A stretch of 64,000 nt of DNA from Escherichia phage APCEc01, in the sequence record NC_029091.1, one strand, 5' to 3'. Below are positions 56,699 through 64,000 of the stretch, in pieces; the stretch's first letter is position 1; each line of letters begins with the position of its first letter. The notes beneath the pieces were generated by a model. The model was given only the letters and a program-made list of their open reading frames with translations, was not told where the DNA came from and ran no database searches. The position numbers were made by a program, and so were the translations under genes.

Positions 56699-59410
56699 AT
56701 GAAAGAATTTTACTTAACGGTTGAACAGATTGGTGATTCAATTTTTGAACGTTACATCGATTCTAATGGCCGTGAACGTACTCGTGAAGTAGAATATAAA
56801 CCATCACTGTTTGCTCATTGTCCAGAAAGTCAGGCTACGAAATATTTCGATATCTACGGTAAGCCGTGTACTCGTAAGTTGTTCGCTAATATGCGTGATG
56901 CCTCCCAATGGATTAAACGCATGGAAGATATCGGACTTGAAGCACTTGGCATGGACGATTTCAAATTGGCGTATTTGTCTGACACTTATAACTATGAAAT
57001 CAAATACGACCATACAAAAATTCGTGTGGCTAACTTCGACATCGAAGTAACATCTCCGGACGGGTTCCCTGAGCCGTCACAAGCAAAACATCCGATTGAT
57101 GCTATCACCCATTATGACTCAATTGACGACAGGTTCTACGTATTTGATCTATTGAATTCTCCATATGGTAATGTAGAAGAATGGTCTATTGAAATCGCTG
57201 CTAAGCTTCAAGAACAAGGCGGTGATGAAGTTCCATCTGAAATTATCGATAAAATCATTTATATGCCGTTCGATAACGAAAAAGAATTGTTGATGGAATA
57301 TCTCAACTTCTGGCAACAGAAAACTCCTGTCATTTTGACTGGATGGAACGTTGAGTCATTTGATATTCCATATGTGTATAACCGAATCAAGAATATTTTT
57401 GGCGAATCTACTGCGAAACGTTTATCGCCACATCGTAAAACTCGTGTTAAAGTTATCGAAAACATGTATGGTTCTCGTGAAATCATTACATTGTTCGGTA
57501 TCTCTGTTCTTGATTACATTGGCCTTTACAAAAAATTCTCTTTTACCAATCAACCGTCGTATTCTCTGGATTACATTTCAGAATTTGAATTGAACGTTGG
57601 TAAACTGAAATATGACGGCCCTATTTCTAAGCTTCGTGAAAGCAATCACCAACGATATATTTCTTATAACATTATCGACGTGTATCGTGTATTGCAAATT
57701 GATGCTAAGCGTCAGTTCATCAACTTGAGCTTGGACATGGGTTATTATGCTAAGATACAGATTCAATCTGTGTTTAGCCCAATTAAAACATGGGATGCTA
57801 TTATTTTTAATAGCCTTAAAGAGCAGAACAAGGTGATTCCACAAGGTCGTTCTCACCCGGTTCAACCTTATCCCGGCGCTTTTGTTAAGGAACCTATTCC
57901 AAATCGATACAAATATGTAATGAGTTTCGACCTTACATCTCTGTATCCAAGTATTATTCGCCAAGTGAATATTAGCCCGGAAACAATAGCAGGAACGTTT
58001 AAAGTAGCTCCATTGCATGATTATATTAACGCAATCGCTGAACGTCCTTCAGATGTGTACAGTTGCTCTCCTAACGGCATGATGTATTATAAAGACCGTG
58101 ATGGTGTAGTTCCAACTGAAATCACTAAGGTCTTTAATCAACGTAAAGAACATAAAGGTTACATGCTTGCAGCTCAACGTAATGGTGAAATAATTAAAGA
58201 GGCATTGCATAATCCTAATCTTTCTGTTGACGAACCATTAGATGTTGATTATCGTTTCGACTTCAGTGATGAGATTAAAGAAAAGATTAAAAAGTTGTCT
58301 GCTAAATCTCTTAATGAAATGTTGTTTAGAGCTCAACGTACTGAAGTTGCAGGTATGACCGCACAAATTAACCGTAAATTGCTTATCAACTCACTTTATG
58401 GTGCACTTGGCAACGTTTGGTTCCGTTATTATGATTTGCGTAATGCTACTGCAATCACAACATTCGGGCAAATGGCTTTACAGTGGATTGAACGTAAAGT
58501 TAATGAATATCTGAATGAAGTTTGTGGTACAGAAGGTGAAGCTTTCGTTCTATATGGTGATACAGACTCTATTTACGTATCTGCTGATAAAATTATCGAT
58601 AAGGTTGGTGAATCTAAATTCCGTGATACCAACCATTGGGTAGACTTCTTAGATAAGTTTGCACGTGAACGTATGGAACCTGCTATTGATAGAGGTTTCC
58701 GTGAAATGTGTGAATACATGAACAATAAACAACACTTAATGTTCATGGACCGAGAAGCTATCGCTGGTCCTCCGCTCGGTTCTAAAGGTATTGGTGGATT
58801 CTGGACTGGTAAGAAACGTTATGCATTAAACGTGTGGGATATGGAAGGAACCAGATACGCTGAGCCTAAACTCAAAATCATGGGTCTAGAGACTCAGAAA
58901 TCTTCGACCCCTAAAGCAGTACAGAAAGCTCTTAAAGAATGTATTCGTCGTATGCTTCAAGAAGGTGAAGAATCATTACAAGAATATTTTAAAGAGTTTG
59001 AAAAAGAATTCCGTCAATTGAATTATATTAGCATCGCGTCGGTATCTTCTGCGAATAACATTGCTAAATACGACGTAGGTGGATTCCCGGGTCCTAAATG
59101 CCCGTTCCATATTCGTGGAATTCTGACATATAACCGAGCTATCAAAGGTAATATTGATGCACCACAAGTTGTAGAAGGTGAAAAAGTATATGTTCTGCCT
59201 TTACGTGAAGGAAACCCATTCGGTGATAAATGTATCGCATGGCCTTCTGGTACTGAAATCACAGATTTAATTAAAGACGATGTACTTCATTGGATGGACT
59301 ACACTGTTCTCCTTGAGAAGACATTTATTAAACCACTTGAAGGATTCACATCAGCAGCTAAACTCGATTACGAGAAGAAAGCATCTCTGTTCGATATGTT
59401 TGATTTTTGA
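56699..59410 (+). CDS. 43: DNA polymerase gp43 (family B, RB69-type)
   Basis: 903 aa; MKEFYLTVEQIGDSIFERYIDSNGRERTREVEYKPSLFAHCPESQATKYFDIYGKPCTRKLF..., exo motif FDIEV, pol motifs DLTSLYPS and YGDTDS, C-terminal SLFDMFDF. Confidence 0.97.
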   Translation: MKEFYLTVEQIGDSIFERYIDSNGRERTREVEYKPSLFAHCPESQATKYFDIYGKPCTRKLFANMRDASQWIKRMEDIGLEALGMDDFKLAYLSDTYNYEIKYDHTKIRVANFDIEVTSPDGFPEPSQAKHPIDAITHYDSIDDRFYVFDLLNSPYGNVEEWSIEIAAKLQEQGGDEVPSEIIDKIIYMPFDNEKELLMEYLNFWQQKTPVILTGWNVESFDIPYVYNRIKNIFGESTAKRLSPHRKTRVKVIENMYGSREIITLFGISVLDYIGLYKKFSFTNQPSYSLDYISEFELNVGKLKYDGPISKLRESNHQRYISYNIIDVYRVLQIDAKRQFINLSLDMGYYAKIQIQSVFSPIKTWDAIIFNSLKEQNKVIPQGRSHPVQPYPGAFVKEPIPNRYKYVMSFDLTSLYPSIIRQVNISPETIAGTFKVAPLHDYINAIAERPSDVYSCSPNGMMYYKDRDGVVPTEITKVFNQRKEHKGYMLAAQRNGEIIKEALHNPNLSVDEPLDVDYRFDFSDEIKEKIKKLSAKSLNEMLFRAQRTEVAGMTAQINRKLLINSLYGALGNVWFRYYDLRNATAITTFGQMALQWIERKVNEYLNEVCGTEGEAFVLYGDTDSIYVSADKIIDKVGESKFRDTNHWVDFLDKFARERMEPAIDRGFREMCEYMNNKQHLMFMDREAIAGPPLGSKGIGGFWTGKKRYALNVWDMEGTRYAEPKLKIMGLETQKSSTPKAVQKALKECIRRMLQEGEESLQEYFKEFEKEFRQLNYISIASVSSANNIAKYDVGGFPGPKCPFHIRGILTYNRAIKGNIDAPQVVEGEKVYVLPLREGNPFGDKCIAWPSGTEITDLIKDDVLHWMDYTVLLEKTFIKPLEGFTSAAKLDYEKKASLFDMFDF

Positions 59411-59450
59411 TATAATGCCAAGGACGGCCAACTAATTAAATGAGAGAAAT

Positions 59451-60086
59451 ATGAAAACTACTCCTATTACTATCGCTATTGACGCAATCGTAAAACAAGC
59501 TTCATCTCTTGCCACTATGGCTAAAGTAATTAGTCAAAACCCTGCTCGTTATAATGCTATTCTAGAAACTCTTCGACGCCCTGGACTTAGTAATTATGAA
59601 AGCCGGGTAATTATTACAGGTGTTGGTAAGAATGCTAATATCGCAACTAAAGCTTCCGAGACTTTTGCTTCACTAGGTATTCCTAGCATGTATTTGAACA
59701 CCGGGCATTATTCTCATGGTGACGCAGGATTTATTGCGCCTAATGACGTGTTGATTCATATTAGTCGTTCTGGTAAAACTGAAGAAATGATAGGTGTTGC
59801 TAAACATCTTCGTATGATTCGTCCTCAGGTTAAACAGATTCTGTTACATTGTAACCCAGACATTCCACAAGAATACGAAGCTCTTTTTGATTATACGTTC
59901 TGTACCGGTATCGCGGTAGAAGTTGACGAGAACTCTTTAGCTCCGACTATGTCCACTACATTGTTGTTAGCGCTTATCGATACGTTTGCTATCAACCTTT
60001 CGTCTGAACGTGGATTTACCTCTAATGATTTCCTTAAGTTCCATCCAGGCGGTGCACTAGGTGCCATGTTACGAGGCGAACAATGA
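59451..60086 (+). CDS. D-arabinose-5-phosphate isomerase, SIS domain only (KdsD/GutQ-like, no CBS domains)
   Basis: 211 aa; VIITGVGKNANIATKASETFASLGIPSMYLNTGHYSHGDAGFIAPNDVLIHISRSGKTEE and LAPTMSTTLLLALIDTFAINLSSERGFTSNDFLKFHPGGALG parallel the KdsD SIS domain. Confidence 0.8.
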   Translation: MKTTPITIAIDAIVKQASSLATMAKVISQNPARYNAILETLRRPGLSNYESRVIITGVGKNANIATKASETFASLGIPSMYLNTGHYSHGDAGFIAPNDVLIHISRSGKTEEMIGVAKHLRMIRPQVKQILLHCNPDIPQEYEALFDYTFCTGIAVEVDENSLAPTMSTTLLLALIDTFAINLSSERGFTSNDFLKFHPGGALGAMLRGEQ

Positions 60087-60226
60087 AAGCAATAACAATA
60101 GGACTTTTACTATTGATGCTTGTCATGACTATCTACTGGAGCTTAACGGCTCCGGTAATGATTCCAACACTTGTAATTGGATGGATTATGATTGGACTAC
60201 AAGCAAAGTATGAATGCTTTAACTAG
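60083..60226 (+). CDS. small two-helix membrane peptide
   Basis: 47-aa ORF (MKAITIGLLLLMLVMTIYWSLTAPVMIPTLVIGWIMIGLQAKYECFN); start overlaps isomerase stop (ATGA); below the ORF-track length cut-off. Confidence 0.35.
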   Translation: MKAITIGLLLLMLVMTIYWSLTAPVMIPTLVIGWIMIGLQAKYECFN

Positions 60227-60267
60227 AATAGTGTACAATACTCCTACTTACCAATGAGGACTTCAAC

Positions 60268-61953
60268 ATGAAAAAAGCTGTTATTCTTGGTGCTGGACTG
60301 GCAACTCGTTTGTATCCAATAACGCATCATATTCCTAAGGTGCTTGTTAATTATAAACAAGACACTATTCTGAGCAATTTGTATACAATTTATTCTGACC
60401 TTGGCGCAGATGAAATTATTGTAGTAGTTCATTCAAAATTTGCTGAAACTGTTCGAGCTTATTGTGAGCAAGAAGGGTTCAATGTGACTATTCGTACAGT
60501 TGATGAAGCGTATGGTTCTGCTTATGCTCTTGCTAAATTACACAAAGATTTAGACGGCCATAATGTAATTGTTAACTGGTGTGATATTATTCCTGATTTT
60601 GGTTCATGGTCTTGGAATGTTAACGCAATCTATGTTAAGGGTGACGAATGTCGATATAATTTCGACGGTGAAAATATCACTAACGTAGGTTCAACAGGTG
60701 GTAATGTTGTAGGAATTTATCAGTTCAAAGACTGGGAATTCTATATGGGTTCTACCGATGAGGAAATTCATGAATACTGCAAAGGACGTGATTTCGTAGA
60801 ATTCCTTTACGGCAGCGCATTCAATAAATCAGAGCTTATGAATATAATTGATTTAGGTGATATGCCTAAACTTGAAAAGGCTCATGAAGTTCGTGAACTT
60901 AATCGTAGTTTTAATGCAGTTGAAATTGGTGAAGAAACTGTAACTAAATTCGCATTAACCGAACAGGGTCGAGCTCTTCAGAAAGATGAGATTTCGTGGT
61001 ATTTGAAAGTGAAATCAGATTCAGTTCCTCAGTTAGTTTCTGTTAATGAAAATAACTTTGAAATGGAACGCATTAAAGGTAAGCCAGCATTTGAATATAT
61101 TAAATCCAAATCAAGTCTTGCTCGTCCACAAATTGTTGATGCAATTTTAGATGCACTGAAATTCAGCACAGACACTTATTTTGTAAGTCCTGAAACTGTT
61201 CGTCGTGATTTCACTAAAGAATTCTATACGAAAGTTATTGATCGTTGTGAAAGCATTCAACCGTTGATTGATTCATTTGGTAAAATCACACATGTGAACT
61301 ACACTAAGATTGGACGTCTGAAGCCAATGCTGAAACAAGCTTTAGAACACCTTATTCGGTATCATAACCGTTCTCAGGGACAGTACTCTGTTATTCACGG
61401 TGACCCGAACTTCAGTAATACTATGATTACTGATAACGGCGAAGTCAAGTTTATCGACCCTCGTGGATATTTTGGCGAAACCAAGATTTACGGGCCAAAA
61501 TTGTATGATGAAGCTAAAGTGCTTTATGCTGTTTCAGGTTATGATGAATTCAATGCTAATCCGACCTGGGGGCAGTTTACTATTGATGAAACAACTTGTA
61601 ATGTGACTATTAACATCAATCCATTAGTTTACAAATATGGAAAGATGAGTTCGTTTAACGAGTATCATCATTTGGCAGTGGCAATTATCTGGATTGCATT
61701 AGGTGGTTATTTCAAGAATAATCCACTTAAAGCGGTAGCCGCATATTATAAAGGTATGGAACTTCTGACTAAGCAATTACGTAACATGGGCCGTGTACTT
61801 CAGGACGGCTCTATTAGTTATGACGTAGCAGAACCTGTAACGGCTACTCTGATTACAAAAAATCCTGGTAAATGGGTACTAACTGATAAAGAAACTGGTG
61901 TTTCCTATCGTCCAATCGGTGGCGATATCACTCATCAATGGGAACGAATCTAA
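60268..61953 (+). CDS. bifunctional sugar-1-phosphate nucleotidyltransferase / sugar kinase
   Basis: 561 aa; N-terminal MKKAVILGAGLATRLYPIT is the RmlA/GalU/LicC-type G-x-G-T-R-L motif; C-terminal part has kinase motifs HGDPNFSNTMI and FIDPRGYFG (APH/choline-kinase fold). Confidence 0.75.
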   Translation: MKKAVILGAGLATRLYPITHHIPKVLVNYKQDTILSNLYTIYSDLGADEIIVVVHSKFAETVRAYCEQEGFNVTIRTVDEAYGSAYALAKLHKDLDGHNVIVNWCDIIPDFGSWSWNVNAIYVKGDECRYNFDGENITNVGSTGGNVVGIYQFKDWEFYMGSTDEEIHEYCKGRDFVEFLYGSAFNKSELMNIIDLGDMPKLEKAHEVRELNRSFNAVEIGEETVTKFALTEQGRALQKDEISWYLKVKSDSVPQLVSVNENNFEMERIKGKPAFEYIKSKSSLARPQIVDAILDALKFSTDTYFVSPETVRRDFTKEFYTKVIDRCESIQPLIDSFGKITHVNYTKIGRLKPMLKQALEHLIRYHNRSQGQYSVIHGDPNFSNTMITDNGEVKFIDPRGYFGETKIYGPKLYDEAKVLYAVSGYDEFNANPTWGQFTIDETTCNVTININPLVYKYGKMSSFNEYHHLAVAIIWIALGGYFKNNPLKAVAAYYKGMELLTKQLRNMGRVLQDGSISYDVAEPVTATLITKNPGKWVLTDKETGVSYRPIGGDITHQWERI

Positions 61954-62339
61954 TGCACCGTGTAGAAAACATGCTTAATCTTTGTTTTGATGTCGATGAT
62001 TGTATAACAGAGTGGAATAACAATCGTGATTACGTGAACTTCAAACCTGACGTCGAAATGGTGTCTGCCATTAATGCCCTGTATGATGCAGGGCATACCA
62101 TAACGCTTTACACTGCTCGCGGTATGAAGTCAGTAGGTCCTGGTCGTATAGCAATTGACATTCTCCCAAGTCTTATTCAGAACTTGGCAAACATTGGCTT
62201 GAAGTACCATAATTTGCTAACACATAAACCAGTATATGATTGGATTATCGACGACAAAGCTATGCGTCCTGACGAATTCAAAGCTCTTATGAATAAAGGC
62301 GAATTCGAAACATTTAAATCATATAAACCGAATCTATAA
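61953..62339 (+). CDS. small HAD-superfamily phosphatase
   Basis: 128-aa product from ATG overlapping the upstream stop (TAATG); HAD motifs FDVDDCIT, TLYTARG, K, WIIDDK. Confidence 0.7.
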   Translation: MHRVENMLNLCFDVDDCITEWNNNRDYVNFKPDVEMVSAINALYDAGHTITLYTARGMKSVGPGRIAIDILPSLIQNLANIGLKYHNLLTHKPVYDWIIDDKAMRPDEFKALMNKGEFETFKSYKPNL

Positions 62340-62399
62340 TAATTTAAGTAAGACCTGCAAAAAAAAACCATCGCATCAATTAACGCGAGATGCAAAAAA

Positions 62400-63560
62400 A
62401 TGAATACTTTTAAAATCGGAACGAATTTTGATTTAGCTCTTCTTGATAAAATCGTAGAGCTCAATAAAACTTATCCTAATAGCTTGATAAATGAAGTATA
62501 CGGCTCTACAAGAGAAATGGCTTTTGTAGCAGCCAGACCTGATTTTAGGCTTCCTGACGTTGACAAAAAGATGTTAGAAGATTACGTTAAACGTTGTAAC
62601 GAATTAGGTATTTGCTTTAACTATACACTCAACACGATAAATCCTGGTTCAAAAAGAGAACTAGTTGAGTGGAAGAAGAAAGCTATTCAGGATTATGTTC
62701 AGTATCTTTGGTCAATAGGCGTATGGCGTATTACTATCGCTAACCCTGTTGTTATGGAAATTGTTCGTGAAGTCAATAAAGACATTGAGATTGAAGTTTC
62801 AACAATTCTACATGTCGATGCTGTAACTCAAATCAAATACTTGCATGACCAATATAATATCAAAAAGGTCTGCTGTGGAATTCATAAGAACCGTTCAGTT
62901 TCTTTCCTGAAGCGTGCAGCAGAGTTTTGCAATAAGAACAATATAATATTTGAAGTTCTTGTAAATGAGTTCTGTTCTAATGCTGGTAAAGGGTATACAA
63001 CACATTGTAGCTATCGTGACTCTTGCTATATTTTCCATAGTACTGATGTTACAGCTGATGATGCTAAATCCTTAAACGGATATCCTATGCAGCACTGTAT
63101 TAAAGCTCGTGATACAGACCCATTTAACTGGTTGAGAACTCGTTTTGTTCGTCCTCAAGATTTGAAACTTTATAATGATATTGGTATCACTCAATTCAAA
63201 GTTTCAGGACGTACAGGTAGCACAGACTACATTTTGAAAGTTCTTGAAGCATACGCTTCTGAAAAGTTTGAAGGTAATTTGTTAGAACTGTGGAAGCCTT
63301 TAGAGACTATTTTCACTCTTGAAAACGAAACTGAGTTTTCACATACAGTAAATATTGAAACCTCTTTGTTAGATGGCTTTTTAGAAAAAAGGTGGTTCAG
63401 ACATCCAGATTTCGATTGTGCTAATGAAATCTGCGGGACGACGTGTACATATTGTGAAAGATATTATAAACGTCAATTATCTAAAAACGGGTTAGCAGAA
63501 AACTCTATATCTATTATTGATATAACTAACTCTGATGACGCTTTGAGGTACCCGGAATGA
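62400..63560 (+). CDS. peptidase U32 family protein (Fe-S, RlhA/TrhP/UbiU-like)
   Basis: 386 aa; ANPVVMEIVREVNKDIEIEVSTILHVDAVTQIKYLH...IIFEVLVNEFCSNAGKGYTTHCSYRDSCY parallels the U32 core; extra C-terminal CANEICGTTCTYC cluster; assignment from memory, not HMM-verified. Confidence 0.5.
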   Translation: MNTFKIGTNFDLALLDKIVELNKTYPNSLINEVYGSTREMAFVAARPDFRLPDVDKKMLEDYVKRCNELGICFNYTLNTINPGSKRELVEWKKKAIQDYVQYLWSIGVWRITIANPVVMEIVREVNKDIEIEVSTILHVDAVTQIKYLHDQYNIKKVCCGIHKNRSVSFLKRAAEFCNKNNIIFEVLVNEFCSNAGKGYTTHCSYRDSCYIFHSTDVTADDAKSLNGYPMQHCIKARDTDPFNWLRTRFVRPQDLKLYNDIGITQFKVSGRTGSTDYILKVLEAYASEKFEGNLLELWKPLETIFTLENETEFSHTVNIETSLLDGFLEKRWFRHPDFDCANEICGTTCTYCERYYKRQLSKNGLAENSISIIDITNSDDALRYPE

Positions 63561-63796
63561 TTTCTAGAAAAACTTTTAACCACCAACTTAATGAAGAGAT
63601 TTTGACTATGAAACTGAACACTAATGAACAAATTCTTAAAAAGGCCCATCAGGGCCTTTTTGAAACTAAAGCGGCTAAAGTGATTAAAGAACCTGTTCAA
63701 TTAGAATACTACGCTGATGCATTTCTTCATAGTGTTCTTGGAAGTATCGATGCCGAAGCTTTACGTTATATCAATATTGCCAAGAAATTCAAATAA
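63557..63796 (+). CDS. hypothetical protein
   Basis: 79-aa ORF, start overlaps upstream stop. Confidence 0.5.
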   Translation: MISRKTFNHQLNEEILTMKLNTNEQILKKAHQGLFETKAAKVIKEPVQLEYYADAFLHSVLGSIDAEALRYINIAKKFK

Positions 63797-63820
63797 GCTT
63801 TACGAATTGAGTATATAATA
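63794..63820 (+). promoter_or_regulatory. MotA-dependent middle promoter candidate
   Basis: TAAGCTTTA box ending 63802, 11 nt, TATAAT at 63814-63819. Confidence 0.5.
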
Positions 63821-63837
63821 ATTGTATTGAGGTAAAC

Positions 63838-64000
63838 ATGGGAAAACATAACACAATGAAATATATCAAAGCCGCAGATTTTCAAACCGCATTTAAAGCA
63901 GTCAATCGTGAAATTTTAGAAAACCCGGAATTCGTAACTGATTCTCGTATTGGACGTTGTAATGAAATTGGGTCTATGACAGTAGTTGTTGACACTCCAT
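63838..64000 (+). CDS. 42: dCMP hydroxymethylase (gene 42-like), 5' part only
   Basis: Partial ORF MGKHNTMKYIKAADFQTAFKAVNREILENPEFVTDSRIGRCNEIGSMTVVVDTP; EFVTD...IG...VVVDTP loosely parallels T4 gp42 DFVVDKTGVKTIEIIGASFVADEP; runs off window. Confidence 0.5.
   Translation, partial: MGKHNTMKYIKAADFQTAFKAVNREILENPEFVTDSRIGRCNEIGSMTVVVDTP

Noticed and set aside
51586-58018. Minus-strand ORFs inside genes 46, rpbA, 44, 62/regA and 43
   Set aside because: Embedded antisense in highly conserved replication genes; no independent signals.
56699-59410. Intein or intron within the DNA polymerase
   Set aside because: The ORF is continuous at 903 aa with exonuclease and polymerase motifs in normal order and spacing.

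Overview
This window reads as one contiguous segment of a T4-like (Tevenvirinae) myovirus genome, in reverse orientation relative to the usual T4 map. All assignments are from reading the sequence and from memory of T4-family proteins; no database search was run. From 1 to 9169 the minus strand carries the late baseplate genes 8, 7, 6, 5.4, 5.1, 5 and 53. From 9231 onward everything is on the plus strand: genes 4, 2, 3, 1, 57A and 57B, two tRNAs, a long run of small early genes, then nudE, lysozyme e, denV, regB, tk, rI, nrdC, 49, nrdD, nrdG, 55, 47, 46, rpbA, 45, 44, 62, regA and DNA polymerase 43. The 903-aa polymerase and several other proteins look RB69-like rather than T4 itself. The most interesting region is 59451..63560, between gene 43 and a partial gene 42 (dCMP hydroxymethylase): an arabinose-5-phosphate isomerase, a fused sugar-1-phosphate nucleotidyltransferase/kinase, a small HAD phosphatase and a peptidase-U32-family protein. 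No alpha-glucosyltransferase lies between genes 55 and 47, so this cassette is a good candidate for making a non-glucose sugar donor for hydroxymethylcytosine modification. Other notable features are about twenty early promoter/stem-loop cassettes, six proteins with an internal-protein capsid-targeting N-terminus, two small tandem paralog families, and hairpins that sequester the ribosome-binding sites of genes e and 49. Regulatory coordinates are accurate to within a few bases.
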